Source: Raillietiella orientalis (taxonomy: Eukaryota). From it: a stretch of 64,000 nt of DNA. The stretch spans positions 2,418,001 through 2,482,000 of the forward strand of contig JAYWIR010000013.1 of the NCBI GenBank assembly GCA_036172245.1, written 5' to 3'. Position numbers and translations under genes: made by a program. Numbering within the stretch: the first letter of the stretch is position 1; each line of letters opens with the position of its first letter. The notes beneath the pieces are model-generated. The model had not been told where the DNA came from. It ran no database searches and saw only the letters and a program-made list of their open reading frames with translations. This document shows, one piece after another, positions 27,808-40,669 of the stretch.

Positions 27808-29523
27808 AAGCAGCGCCGTCTCTTGCCAATCCAAGGGAAGAGCGCTATTGTCTTATAACGCTCGGGGCCACTTCACCTCCTCCGGAGGCATGCCGAGCAG
27901 TTCGCCCCAGCACACAAGTCCTTTAGGCGGGACACTCCGGGTTGCAGCATCCGCTAGCCCCCGAGTCGCACACGCCTTTAACAGTCTATTCCTTCTTCCG
28001 ATGAAGCAGGACACTTTCCACGATGCCTCTTCCCACGCGGAGGATGCTGCTGGCTCCGATGCCGCTTTCGAGGTCTCGGCATCAGCAGCTTCTCTTTCGT
28101 TGCAGGCGACTGCTACGGTGCACGCAACCGCAGCTGAAGCTTTTTCGTGTGCCTTCTTTGGCGCACGGGGCTGCTTCTTCACTTCGCCTACCTTAATGAT
28201 GGGGAAGATGGAAGTTTCTCTTTTCTTCTTGTCCTTCTCCTTCCTCTGCCTCCCCCTCACTACAATCGAGCCAGGGTAGCAGTCCTCCGGATTGCCTCCG
28301 TTAAACGCGAAGGCCTCAAGGGCCCTTTTTTGCCCTCTCTAGGGGCCTCTGTTGCACGATCGCGGCCGGGTGTGGCCTCGTCATATATGCCTTTAGCGCC
28401 TCCTTACCGGAAGATGCAGGCCAAGTAGCGGAATTCTTCGGAATCGCGCGAGGCTTTGCAGCCTTTCCCGCGGCTTGGCTCGCCGTGGACGGGTTGCCTT
28501 TTGCGGTCTGAGAGGCGCGCGACCCCTAGATGGCGGCCCCGGTCGCTTTGCCGGGCGAACTACTGCCATTTCGATCCGGAGCAGCAAGGAGCGCGGACCG
28601 CGAGCTTAGCAGTGGGAAACTTTTCCCTCGCAGTGCAACGCGGCTTTTTGCTCTTCTGCGCGAGATTTCGTCTTGTTTTCATTTTTGAAACGCCCGCGCG
28701 ATCTTTTTCTAGCCTAGAATTTTAGGTGGAACGGCAGTCATGCCAGATTTCTCGCCCGACGACTGGATCGCAGTATTCAGCGCGTTCGGCGTAGATGCAG
28801 GAAGATTCTTCACCAGCCGTTTTCGCCTAAGCTCGGCACACTCATTGGTTGAGTGACCAAGCATTTTGCAGTAGCGGCAACTGCGAGTAGGGCACTCTCG
28901 CGGGAGAGGGTCCTCCTTGCCGCAGTTGCCGCAAGCCGGAGTTTGTCCGGCAAACCGAAGAAATACGACGGCGTCACCAAGGTGGATCTGCGAAGGCAGC
29001 AGCCTCCGGTTGTCCATGGTGACGCGCGTCCTTGGCGAGTCCGCAAGACAGGCGTGGAAGCTTCTTGACTGGGTTCACGCGCCTCCACAATGCATGCAAG
29101 GTGGCGAACGCCTCCAGTGCAAGAATCAGGTCGCGGTCGGCGATTCCCGGCCGAATGGCCCAGAGTTGGACCAAGAACGAATGGTCCAGGGCCGAGGGGA
29201 CGACTTCCTTACCCCTGATTTTCAGGGGCGTTCGGAACAGGTGCTGGACGAGGGATGCATCCTTGCAGTGCACCTCCCAATGTCCGAGCAAGCTTACTGG
29301 CATTAATGCCAGGAGGTCATCCTCGCGGACCCCGACGCGTTCCAGCTCGTTCCAGCCCGTTCCATCCGAGTACAGAGCAGAGCGTGGGCTTGTAGGCTTG
29401 GGCTACTTACGTTCGTAGCTGTGCTTCGCCGGGGCTGAGAGCCAAGCCTCTCAGTCCGGGCCGCCCACCCTGCAGGACCGGGAACACTCGGCCTCGTCCG
29501 CGATTCGACACATCCTGCGAGAA
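27808..29523 (-). mobile_element. Internally deleted Tx1-like element: 5' end and frameshifted ORF1 fused to a late-ORF2 piece
   Basis: ORF1 motifs YSDGTGWN...GHWEVHCKDASL...CGNCGKEDPLPREC..CRYCKMLGHSTNEC (28709-29420). Late-ORF2 piece WKVSCFIG...LADAATRSVPPKGLVCWGELL...WQETALL (27808-28030). Confidence 0.82.
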
Positions 29524-30164
29524 TTTTATTCCTCCCTTTGCGCCAGGGCGCCTCCCGAGCGAAACTCCTCGCGACTGCTGCTCCTGGACGGAGCCCCGGC
29601 AATAGGGGAGGAGGAAAAGGGAAGCCTAAACGAGCTTTTTACGACCGGTGAAATCATCACCGCGATAAAAAGGCTCAAGAGGCGGAAGGCGCCAGGGGAG
29701 GACGGCCTGCCCGCGGTGTTTTTTTAAAGCTTCGCGGCAGAGATGACCTCCTTGGGGCTTAGGTTGACACAGCTGATCCGGGAAGAAGGTGATGTTCCCG
29801 CCTCGTTCCGGTCAGCTAGGATGAGGTTCCTTCCTAAGAGAGGAGACCTCCGTAAGTTGAACAACTGGCGTCCGATCACGATGGTGAACACGGACGTCAA
29901 GTTGGTCGCAAAACTGTGGACTGCGCGGCTCGGACAGGTAGCCGAATCCGTAATTAGCCCGGAGCAGACTTACTCTGTTCCCGGGCGAAGTATGGAGGCT
30001 AACCTGCTCTTCGCCAGCACATGGTTTTATGGACAAGGCGAATTGAAAGAGCGGAAGGGATCTCTCGGCAACCTCAATGTAAGGGTGACCGCTGGTCAGG
30101 GTGGGGACAACCAAGCGGGCAAGGGTGCCCTAGAGATCGCAGTCGATCTCCATAAGGCGTTCGA
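29524..30164 (+). mobile_element. Tx1-like ORF2 fragment (linker to RT motif KAFD), interrupted at KAFD
   Basis: SSLCARAPP...KAPGEDGLP...LPKRGDLRKLNNWRPITMVNTDVKL...EQTYSVPGRS...IAVDLHKAFD. Confidence 0.9.
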
Positions 30165-30440
30165 TTTTCACCCGGATTCCGCCTGGGCGCTTATTGAAAC
30201 AATAAAATTTAACAAAGAAGTGCAGTGGCTGGATCATTGCTCCAGTCACGCACGAAGAAACACAGAGCCTGCCGGGTCACCGGTTCGCAGACCGGTACGG
30301 TCCACCACGGCAGCAGGAGGAAGGGGGAAAAAACAAAAAAACAAAACAAAAAGAAAAGAAAAAGTGGGAGGGTACGGGAAGGGATCACTGTAGCTGGTGG
30401 GGCCGTTGCATCCTTTGCAGGATGCCAGCAAGCTCTTGCT
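30165..30440 (-). mobile_element. Short 3' end of the KAFD-targeting Tx1-like family
   Basis: ELAGILQRMQRPHQLQ*, the family 3' UTR, and terminus ...ggaatccgggtgaaaa. Confidence 0.88.
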
Positions 30441-31190
30441 GCGCTAAAGGCCTTGCGAAGGCCGGCCGCGACCAGGGCACCTCCAACAGGTGACCATCAC
30501 CCGGATGCCGGAAGTGCGTCGTCCTCCGCGGAGGCGCCTCCGAAGAAGACTGGACGGAAGTCCAAGAATCCCAAGAGGCGCATCCCGACAAAAAAGGAGG
30601 GGGACGCACCGGCAGCCGAGGGGGAAACCGGTAGCGTGGGAACGGAGGGAGGGATTTTCCCACCCTCCGCAACCGAGCAGCTGGAGACCCCCATGGAGGA
30701 GGGGGAGAAGGTAAGTGATTGCCGCTTCCTTCCAACGGTGGGACCTGCTGAGGAGACAACCATGGAGGAGGGGGAGCAGACGGTTGACAACCGCTCCCCC
30801 CTGCCGTCCAGCGCAGCAAACGAATTGGCCCCCATGGAAGAGGGGGAGCAGGTGCGTGAGACCCGCCCCCTTCCACCGTTGCGGTCCGCCGAGGAATCGG
30901 CCCCCATGGAGGAGGGAGAACCGGTGCGCGGTGATCCCGTTCCTCCATCCGTCCCGCCCGACCAGGTGGCGGGAGCCCCACTGCCACTTTCCCAGGAATA
31001 ACACCTGGGCTCGCCTGTCGCCGTCGATTACGCGTGGCCTGCTGGAACGTGAACGGGCTGCGCGACGACGGCAACAGACGGGTCACGGCCGCCACCCTGC
31101 GTGACTTCGACCTGGCGCTCCTGCAGGAGATCCACGTGATCACTGCGGAGAACGCCCAGGAGATCGAGAGGATCACAGGGGGACGGTTGA
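30441..31190 (+). mobile_element. Tx1-like ORF1 C-terminus (PMEEGE repeats) and start of endonuclease
   Basis: Closely similar to the minus-strand copy at about 52745-53410. Reads ACWNVNGLRDDG...LLQEIH...GGRL and is then cut. Confidence 0.88.
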
Positions 31191-33660
31191 TTATCACCCG
31201 GTTGCGCCGGGGCGTTTATTAAAAACCATCCGGGAACAGAATTCCTGGACAAAGGGAAAAACAACAGACGAAGGGGGTGGGATCCCCGACACGCAGGTCC
31301 GTATGCCGAAAGTCCGGAACGGGAGGGAGGGGACCACAAATACACTACTATAAAAAATAAAAATAAAAATATGGTGGGCAGGGGACAGGGGTCTTTGGTG
31401 AGTCCGTTCCTTCCTTTCAAAGCCGGCGATGGATGCCGGCGATCTCTCTCCTTACGTCCTGTGGCAGATGAGCCCACTCGGCAGCCGACGACATGCTCGC
31501 GCTGGCTAATCCGGTGGGCTGAGAAGGATGGCCAGCTTCTCCAACTCTCGGTGGGCCTTGTCGATGGCGCGGGTGCAACAGACCGTTGCGATGACAGCAC
31601 CTAAAGACAGGCAGCCTGGCGTGAAGAAGCGGCGCATCAAATCCCTCGCGGCGTCCCCCTGGTGCAGGAGAGCTGAGGCCAGCCTCCGCCAAAGTCCTTG
31701 GAGGGCACTGCAGTCCAAAAGCAGGTGCGGGAGCGTTTCCACTTCCCCGCACCGCTTACACTTTGGGGAGACACTCCCCCGGAAACACGGTTCGTGCGCT
31801 GGTTGGAGTGAAAACCCCAATGCACCAGCATGATGACTTCGTGCTTCCACGAAAGGGGGAACACAGAAGTGTTCAAACAGGAGGGAGGGACCACAAGTTC
31901 TTCGGGGGGCACACTCAAGTGTTCACTCCACCAAAGGTGTCCCTTCGAGATGTGGCGAGGCGTGGCGGCGTCTGCCAGCTCGCAAGTCCTCCAGCCGCCA
32001 ATAGGTCGTGTTGTTCCTGCAATGGTGCAGGCGACCTCCCATCTCGCCGGTTCGCAGCTGTCATCTCTTGCCCTGAGGGCTGACAGTGCGTCGGCGAGGG
32101 GGGTGAGGGCCAGGCGGGTCCACTTCCCCTGGCTGTTGCACACTTCATCCACCATGCAGTACGGTAGAAGGTGAGCGCAACGGAGTTCCAGGAGGAAGAC
32201 ATCCTGGTGCTTTGCCCAGCCATGCAAGGGTTCCTGCCGCCAGGATTGAAAGTTCGTTGGGCGGCAGGAGATCCATTCCTGGGCTGCCAGGAGCCAGTAG
32301 AGCGGTTTCAAAGGGAAACCGAAACTTGTCGTGGGGCGCTCCGTATGTGGACGCAGCGACAGAAGTCCGTCGCTGCCGGTGCAGCGCCGCAGGAGCAGGC
32401 GCGCAAGAGCGCACCACGGAGTGGACCAAAGGTTGGCGCACAGGGCCAACATCCGAAGCTGCACCTGCAGCTCGATTCTCTCCAGCGTCAGGATGCCTAA
32501 GCCAGCATCCCGACGCGGAGCCGCCAAGTCTTTGAGGCGGATCCTGGAACTCGCAGGTCCCCACAAAGCGTTCCTCAACAGGCTGTGCGCCTGGAGCTTG
32601 GCCGAGTAGGGGGGTGGGCAAACAGAAAGCTGGGGGCGCAAGAGGGGGGCAACGAAGGTGTTCCATATCGCGGCCCGCTCCGACAGGAGGAAGCTGCCGT
32701 GGAGGAACGGGCTCAGCGCACTCGTAGACTTCCGAAGGCAGTCCAACCACACTTCCACTGGGCTGATATTCCCCAGCGGAATGCCCAGATATTGGATGAA
32801 CGAAGCGGTCGGGATCCCCAGGCGGTTCCAGTCGGACTGCCCCTCCCACGCCGCACCAATGGGTACGACCACGCTCTTGCTCCGGTTTACGCTCATGCCC
32901 GCTCCCCGGCGAATCAGTTCGAAGAAATGCTCGAGACTGGACGCCGGGGTGGTCATGGGTAAAAGGAGAAGCAGGTCGTCAGAATAGGCCGCCACGGACG
33001 GCGTTCCTGGACAAAAGCTCGGCAGGTTGGACAGCGTCAGCTTGTACGCCCTCAGCACCAACTCAAAGAAGATGCTGAAGAGAAGGGGGCTTAAGCTGTC
33101 TCCCTGCCGGATACCCTGCCGTATGGGAATGCCGTACACGTGGCGCCCGCTGAAAGAGATACAGCATAACGCGTGGCGCCAGCAGGAGCGCAAGTAGGCG
33201 ATGAGGTGCTTCGGGAGGCCTAGGCGTCCCAGAAGCTCCAGAAGGAGGTCCTGGTTTACGCTGTCGAACGCTTTGCAGAGATCGACGGCGACCGCTAAGG
33301 CTCCCGGCGTTGCATGGTGCCTTGAACACCGCCGCTTACCTTTGGAAGCAACGATTTCGGCTGCCTGGCTCTGCTACGCCACGCGCTGCTGCAACTCGAA
33401 CCATGTTCGCGCGAAGAAGAGATTCGCGTCCATGGACCGCCCGGAACAGCATACGTCTGCTCCGGACTTACCAAGGACTCCGTGAGTCTCCCCAGTCGCG
33501 CGACCCATAGCTTGGAGAACAACTTGACGTCCGAATTTACCAAGGTGATGGGACGCCTGTTGCTGGGGTGACGCAAATCACCGCCTTTCGGCAGGATCCG
33601 CACCTTTGCTGAGCGGAAAGAAGCGGGAACATCTCCCGTCTCACGCATCAGCGGCGGTCG
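31191..33660 (-). mobile_element. 5'-truncated Tx1-like element (RT to 3' end), frameshifted
   Basis: RPITLVNSDVKLFSK, VDLCKAFDSVNQ, GIRQGDSLSPLLF, AAYSDDLLL, YLGIP, CKRCGEVETLPHLLLDC, and terminus aataaacgccccggcgcaaccgggtg. Confidence 0.92.
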
Positions 33661-35279
33661 CGTACGGACGTGCTTTTGCGTCGCTCCGCTGTAGATTGGC
33701 TCTTGTGTGTTTTTGTTCTGCTGTGCTTCTGTGCTGCAATGGGAGCAAAGAAGAACATCAGCCGCAAGAAGGGAACGCCACCTGCTCCTGAGATGGCTGC
33801 TTCGGCTGCTAGCAAGGAGCCTCTGTCCTCGCCGACGGCGAGGACATTCGCCCAGGTCGCTGCCCTCGCGGCTACGATGGGACCTTCGCCCGACAGCCCT
33901 GAGCTTCAGGCGTATGTAGCAAATGGCTACACGCCTGCACTCAGCTATAAGGTAAGTGTCCTTATGCCTGAGCGGGTTGGGCGCGAGTTTGGCCAGGAAC
34001 TCCAACGGATTGGAGTTCAAAAAGGCCAACTGGAGTCCATCATGCCCATGAGTGGGTGCGGCTACTGGGAGGTGTCCAGTAAGGACGCTCTCCTTACGCA
34101 GCGTTTGCTGCACACGCCGCTGCTCATTCGTGGGCAGGAAATACTCCCTGTCACAACGGACCAGTCGTTCGTTGTCCGGCTCAGTGGAGTGTGTAAGGGC
34201 CTTTCGGACCTCCAGGTCGTGGAGGCCCTTGAAAAATTTGCTACCGTCCACGCGCTTTGGAGGCTGCCAAACCCTGCTGAAGGGTTCGAAGACCACCACA
34301 GCGGGCTCGCGCAAGTGCGAGTGACGATGAAGGATCGCCGTTCAATGCCCACGCGACTGCAGGTGGATGGAATGACCGTCCGCCTGTGATTTGCCGGGCA
34401 AACGCGTGTATGCGCGGAATGCGGGCAGAAGGGTCTCCGCATTACGAAGTGTCCCTCGGCCGCTTGTCGTTACTGCCACGACCACGGGCACACTAAAGGA
34501 ACGTGCCCGGAGCTCCTTTCAAAAAACGAAAAGCGCAGGAACGAATCGCGTTCCGCATTGCGGAATAATCGCAGCGAATCGAGAGAAAGAAACATCAAAG
34601 CTCCGAAAAGCGTTGCGAAAACTGCGACCACGCACGTGCAGAAAACTGTTTCTCGCCCCCACAAAGAAGGGGTGAAAAACACAAAAAAACTCGTCGCGGC
34701 AAAGCCTCCGGCTATCGACCCGAAGGAAGCTCGCGAAGAATGCGACCTTTCTACGAGACCTCGCAGCCAATTGTTGAATGCAGGAGACATTGTGCCGAAG
34801 GTCAAAGAGCCTCGTACTGTCGGCATCACGACCGCGAAGCCTCGTACCAAGGCCTCGACGAGCGGCGCGGAATGCGGTCGTTCGCCCGATACGGGAAAAA
34901 CGCGCCCGCGGGCAAAGAACACCGCGCCGTCTGAAGCTACCGCGGCCAAGGTGCCCCAGGCACCGAGTGCCGCGAGGAAACAGCCGGCAAACCAGTAGTC
35001 CTCGCGCGCGGACGCAGCGCCTACTGCGGCCAAGGAAGAAACTGCTAGGGCGAGCACAACCGCTACAGCAGTGCCCCCAACGGTCGCAAAGGCAACGCGC
35101 GAACCCTCCGATCTGGAAGAGGCAGCGCCTCTCGCGATCGCTAAGTTTCCCCAAGTCCCACAAGGGGTGGGGTAAGTTTATTTTTCTATAAAAATACAAT
35201 ATTTACATTCGCACTCTCATTCACTCAATACAAGCATTTTGCACTTGGGGGTCCTTGGGTTGCACTAGAGTTCTGCTTT

Positions 35280-38200
35280 TCAGGGAGGAATTCCAGCTGG
35301 ATGGTCCCGGGCGTCGTCCTGGATCCTCTTCAGGATGAATCGGTACGTCCAGGCGTGGATCTTCCCGCAGTTCCTGATGCCGATTTCCCTCTTCAAGAGC
35401 CCTTGTAGGATCTCCGTCGGTGGTGCGGCTCTTCTGGCGTTCCTCATTTTCCACCACCGCACAAGTATGGCGGTGATGAAGAGGGCTATGGTCGTCCTCA
35501 CCATGGGATTGTAACAGGGAACATTACCATCCCCCTGAAACATCCCGGCGAGGATCTCCATTACGGACCTGGTGGTTAGTCCGATGATCCTTTTCAGGAT
35601 CAGCCAGTCATGCAGCAATGTGGGACACGTCAAGACGTGAAGTCTCGTGTCGATGTCTCCACATGCTGTGCAGTCTCGGTCTTCCCGTCTTCCTGTGAAG
35701 TGCTGCAATCGGGACCCACTCTGGATTCCTCCGTGATAAAACATCAGGAGGTCATCCTGGGTGCCCGGCGGAAGGTCACTCCTCCAGAGCGTCGTGCCGA
35801 TCGCTAACAGGTTGAACCGTTCACTCCCGTAGCGTTCGGTGGCTTCCTGGAGGGCAATGGTGTCACGGTCGTTTTCTTGGATAAGCCTTCGGAGGTTTGT
35901 TCTGGTTACCCTCGACCATGCGAAGTCGTTGTGGTTGAACCACACTTCGCATGTCCTGTGGGTAAACCTTCCTAACATCATCTCTGTATACCGAAGTATA
36001 CGAGTTTGATGTAGGTAGCCTCCTCGCCTCCACTCCTGGATTTGCAGTAGGGTAACTCTGGACCGCTGGTAGATCCAGCTTCTCGTGTCCGGCGGGACAG
36101 GAAGCAACCAAGGGATCACCAGGATGGACTCGTCCTGCCAGAGTTCCCTGCTTCGCGGCACGATCTTGATTTGGTGCTTCCGCACCAGCCGTTGCTTCCT
36201 CGTCCAGGTGGGGTCGATTTTGTTCCATTTGCCTGCTCGGCCTAGCAGCGCAGTCATCAGGCCTTTCGAGTTGTTAAGCAACAACGCGTAGGCCCTGTGC
36301 GCCGCATACGGCCAGTCATCCCAGTAAGTGGCAATGTCCAGGATGTGTCGCGTATCCATGATTTCCATGGAATGTGAAGCGACTTCATCCCGGAACCGCC
36401 TTCTTCCCTGGGACGACACAGGGGTTTCAGTCTTACTCTTGGGCGATAGTGGCCCCAGAGTGTTTTTCTTTGCAGCTTGTCGAACTCTTTAGTAGTGTCC
36501 TTGTTCATCCTCGCGAAGGCCGCCCCGAAGAGCACTTTCGGGAGGAGTACTCCGTTCCATATGTTGGCCTTTCGCTTCATCCCAAGGTCCGTTTGGGTGT
36601 ACTTGGCTGCTTCCTTGGCCGTTTTCCCCAGGATTTCCTTCCACAGCAGCTTCGACGCAGAGCCGTCGCCGATGTAGACTCCCAGGTACTTGGCCGTGTC
36701 CACCGTACGGAATCCACTACCCGTTAGAGTGGAGAGATCCAGTATTCCGACGGGCAAAAGCTGGCTCTTCTGGGAATTGATTTTTAAGCCCAAGCCCTGT
36801 TCCATCAGGTCCACCACATCCAGAAACGCACGCTGATTTTTCTCTCCCTTGATGAAGAAGAGTAGATCATTGGCGTATGCCAGTTGGGTAAGACGCTGGC
36901 CATCGATGGTAATCCCGCTCAGTCGTCCGCTATTCTCGATAAAGGACGACAACGCCTCCATATAGATGACGAACAGCATCGGACTTAGCGAGTCGCCCTG
37001 TCGGACTCCTCGTTGCATCCGGATTACTGCCGTCTCCTGGCCGCTAATTTTGATTCGGCAGTTCTGGTTCTGGAGTTCCACCTTTACGAAGTTGCTGAAG
37101 TGTTCCGGAAGCCCTAGCTTCTCCAGAACCTTCAGCAGCATCCCGTGGTCGATGGAGTCGAAAGCCTTCTCCATGTCTGTGAACACCAGCACCAGGTTCT
37201 CGCCGACGTATCGACTAAGTCCAACAGTGGCCTGGGCACACTTGACATTGTCCGACATGTGTCGTCCTGGGACTGCACATGTCTGGACCGGAGAGATCAG
37301 CCTCGACATGACCTTGCCTAAGCGGTTGGACCAGATCTTCGCCAACCACTTGGCATCGGAGTTTAGGATCGAGATTGGCCTCCATTGGGCGATCTGGGTA
37401 GAGTCGCCTCCTTTCGGCAGCAATCTCATCCGACTCTCGTGGAAGGACTGAGGTAGTCTGCCTTCTTCCCGGATGCAGAGGGTCAACTGGTGGAACAAGC
37501 GCAGGTAGGCGTGCAGGTACCGCTGATAGTGCGTGATGGGTACACTGTCAGGGCCCGCTGCCACGTCCTTGCGAAGTTGCCCAAACGCAGTCTTCACCTC
37601 TTCTTCGGAGAACTCCTCCACCAGTCTGTTCCGCTGGAGGTCGTCGGTCCTCTTCTCGAGATAGCTCAAGAAGGCCTGTTGACTAGAGCGACACAGATGT
37701 TGTCGCCTGAAGTGTTTCGTGTAATGCCTGTGAAAGGCATCCACGATGTCCTCAGACGACTGTCGCTTTTGGCCGTCGTACTGGATGCAGAAGATATCTG
37801 TTGCCAGATTTCTCTTCTCCAACACGCCGACTTCCCCTTTTATGTTATTGAGGACGTACCGACTCTCGTACTGATCGAAGTACTTTGAGAGGGAGCGATC
37901 TTGGATGTTCAGCTCCCGGTACGCCTCTTGCCTCAAGCGCCTATCCCCGAACTGCATGTTCGCAAACAGGTGTATCCTGTGTTTCAGACTGTCCCAGTCG
38001 GCGACTCTTCGGATTGTTGTTGCCCTCAGAATCGCTCCAGGACAGCCTGATGTCCGGGATGGGTTTCGAACCAGGCGGGCATGCTGATGAGCGCCGCCCT
38101 GGTGCCTTGCCTCCTCCGAGGATTCTCCGTTCTTAGGGAAAACCGCACCAGGGGGTGATCGGACACCGTAGTCATAGTGTCGCGAAACCCCTGGATGCGG

Positions 38201-38796
38201 TTCCCAAGTTCGGTGCTGTGCAGGACGTGATCGATCGGCTTGTGGCTTGCTGTTCGCCAGACCAGTCCAAACTCGTCGGATAGCCGTCGATACGCCGTCC
38301 TTCCTCTGGCGTCTTCTGAATGAATGATCTCATCCAAGATGTTAAGATCGCCAGCAACAATCACGACGTCCTTAGGGGCGACCTTTTGCCGGAGTGCTGC
38401 ATGCAGCGCCTCCGCACAACGATGTTTTAGCCTGTGCGGCCCGTACACGTTCACCAGGATAAGGTGAACAGTTGCGGACCAGGCCAGTCGCACGCCGATG
38501 ATTCGTCCGGGTTGGAGACAGAACACTTCCAGAATAGTGAAGGCTAAGTGGTTCTTTATTAGCACCGCCACACCCTTCGTGTTCCGTTCTCCTTCGCTGA
38601 CGAACATCTGCCCGTTGAATCGCCGTTCCATTCGCTGGCTGATCTCGAGACCCATCCTGTGGGTCTCCTGCAGGCACACGATGTCTTGTTGTGCGATGGT
38701 CCGCACAATCCTTCTTCTTTTTCCCTGGTCGACCACATTGTTTACGTTCCAGGAGGCGATGTTCAGCCTCCTGGCGGTAGATAGGGAAGAGGTCAT
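35280..38796 (-). pseudogene. ORF2 (APE endonuclease + reverse transcriptase + C-terminal Cys/His domain), disabled
   Basis: SWNVN, CLQETH, NVYGP, GDLN, IDH, SDH; WRPISILNSDAK, DMEKAFD, GVRQGDSLSP, YLG; CTACGDIDTRLHVLTC. Frameshifts lie near 38030 and 36380, and the catalytic YADD reads YAND. Confidence 0.93.
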
Positions 38797-38809
38797 AAAA
38801 GGGGAAGAC

Positions 38810-40669
38810 CTATTTCTTGGCCTTCCTGAGCTTCTTCTGTCTGAGAGAGCTTGCTCTTCCAGACAATGAAGAAGCAGCGGGCTTCTCGCTGCCGGCGTTA
38901 CTCTCCGTACCTGTGAGGTCGGTAATTTCCGCCTCCTCCGTAGAGTGTTCCGCCCGCGCGATCAATTTTCGAGATAGCGCCTCTATCTCGACCTTGGCGC
39001 AGAAGTTCGCCTTCACGTCGAGAAGCTGTTCCTCTAACTTCTCGCGTTCAGCGACCTCCACCACCTGGTTGATGTTCTCTTGTGCAGTGCAGATCTTCTG
39101 CAAGATTTTCTCTTGCTGAGGACCGCTCTGCACCTCCATGATCTCCTCCGCCAGTGTTGCCAACTCCTCCGTGGTCTGCAGAGCCTCCTGCGACACTTTA
39201 GTGGCTTCCTGTCTCTCTTCCTTCGCGCCTTCCTGCGCTACCTCCATCTTCTCGCCTTCCTGCTCTGCTGCTTCCAGGATTTGAGGAGTTTTTTGCTCCT
39301 TGACGAGCATCCTCCTCTTTCCCTTCTTTCCCACTTCTATGAAGCCGTCCGCCGACACCGGGACGGCTTCTTTCACCTTCTTCGGCCTTCCTGCCTTCTG
39401 AGGCTGTTCGGCCTCCTTGATGTTTCTCTCTCTCACGGGAGAGAGACCTCGAATCCTTCTGCAGTTTTCAAACTCCGGACAGCTCCATTTCGCATGTCCG
39501 TGTTTCTTGCAGAAGGAGCACACCTTCGGCTGCGGGCAGTTTCGTACTTGATGTCCTACTTTGCCGCAGCGGAAACAACGACACGTTGGGCAAGCGCCGG
39601 CCCTGTGGCCGAACTGCTTGCACCCAATGCAGAATACCGGTTGTTGCCGGTAACGCACATTCACTCCCTGGGATTGTTCGTCAATAACGGCCAATCCAGG
39701 GATCACCGCTCCCTCCCTCAACTTGATCTTGGCGATCATGTCGCCAGAAAATATGTTTCCAGAGAAGTTCTGGAAATCAAGGTCCAGAACTTCCCCAAAC
39801 TGCTTCAAGTAATTCCACACCGCTAGTTGCGGTGTGAGGATGGAGATGCCGTTTAAAAAGACGGTTGTGTATGGCATCTCGCCAATACCACAAACCATCC
39901 GTCCTTGTATATTGATCCCCTTCTGGATCAATCGCTCTCTAATGTTTTCACAGTCTGTAAAGACTGTGAACCCGTTGTTCAATGGAATGATCGCCTGAAT
40001 GCGATCAAAGTCTATGTCTGTCTTGTCGAGGGACAAATAGACCTCCCTGATGTTATTAAATTTTATTAGCCCGGTCTTGAAGATAATGGGCTTCACGTTG
40101 GGGCCTATTTCGACTATTGGTCGGTCCACTTTTAGAACTTTTCCGCTAAGCGGCTTACCAAATTTCCTAGGTGGGTGGACACTCGCCTGTCCAGCCGCCA
40201 CCGACGCATAAGAAAAGGGCTGCGACGCCGCAGCCGAACAAGATGGCGTCGCTCCCTGCACCGCGTGGACGCCCGCGGGTCCCGCCTGGGACGCCGCCGC
40301 CGCGGGCGCAAACCTCGACGTTGCCGCCGTTACCGCCGCGGGCGGCACCCTCGGCATCGCCGCCGCAGGCGCGACCTCCGCCGTCGTCGCCGCGGGCACG
40401 ACCCTTGGCATCGCCGCCGCCGGCGCAGCAAAGCCCGCCGCGGGCGCGATCCTCGGCATGCCTGCCGCCACCTCGCCGTTGCCGCACGTTACCTCCATGG
40501 CTTCCATGGGGGACGATGGCCTCACCACTCCTCCAACTCCAGATGCCTGCATCCTGGAAGCTGTTCCGGCTGCTCGGGACGACTGCAGGACTTCCACCGT
40601 GGACTTCTCGGCGCTGCTGCTGCTGCTGCTGATGGTCCCCGGTTGCACTCTTTCCACACTGGCGTTCAC
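38810..40669 (-). CDS. ORF1 gag-like nucleic-acid-binding protein with three CCHC zinc knuckles
   Basis: Open 619-aa frame with CIGCKQFGHRAGAC, CFRCGKVGHQVRNC and CSFCKKHGHAKWSC. An RRM-like region lies upstream, with an Ala-rich N-terminus and a Glu-rich coiled-coil tail. The true start codon is uncertain. Confidence 0.9.
   Translation of the reverse strand: MNASVERVQPGTISSSSSSAEKSTVEVLQSSRAAGTASRMQASGVGGVVRPSSPMEAMEVTCGNGEVAAGMPRIAPAAGFAAPAAAMPRVVPAATTAEVAPAAAMPRVPPAAVTAATSRFAPAAAASQAGPAGVHAVQGATPSCSAAASQPFSYASVAAGQASVHPPRKFGKPLSGKVLKVDRPIVEIGPNVKPIIFKTGLIKFNNIREVYLSLDKTDIDFDRIQAIIPLNNGFTVFTDCENIRERLIQKGINIQGRMVCGIGEMPYTTVFLNGISILTPQLAVWNYLKQFGEVLDLDFQNFSGNIFSGDMIAKIKLREGAVIPGLAVIDEQSQGVNVRYRQQPVFCIGCKQFGHRAGACPTCRCFRCGKVGHQVRNCPQPKVCSFCKKHGHAKWSCPEFENCRRIRGLSPVRERNIKEAEQPQKAGRPKKVKEAVPVSADGFIEVGKKGKRRMLVKEQKTPQILEAAEQEGEKMEVAQEGAKEERQEATKVSQEALQTTEELATLAEEIMEVQSGPQQEKILQKICTAQENINQVVEVAEREKLEEQLLDVKANFCAKVEIEALSRKLIARAEHSTEEAEITDLTGTESNAGSEKPAASSLSGRASSLRQKKLRKAKK

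Noticed and set aside
29743..30393. Chimeric ORFs reading from RT through FHPD… into the antisense UTR (also 56981-57844) as novel genes
   Set aside because: They are by-products of the insertion junction. Their length varies with small indels and they sit in fragments without promoters.
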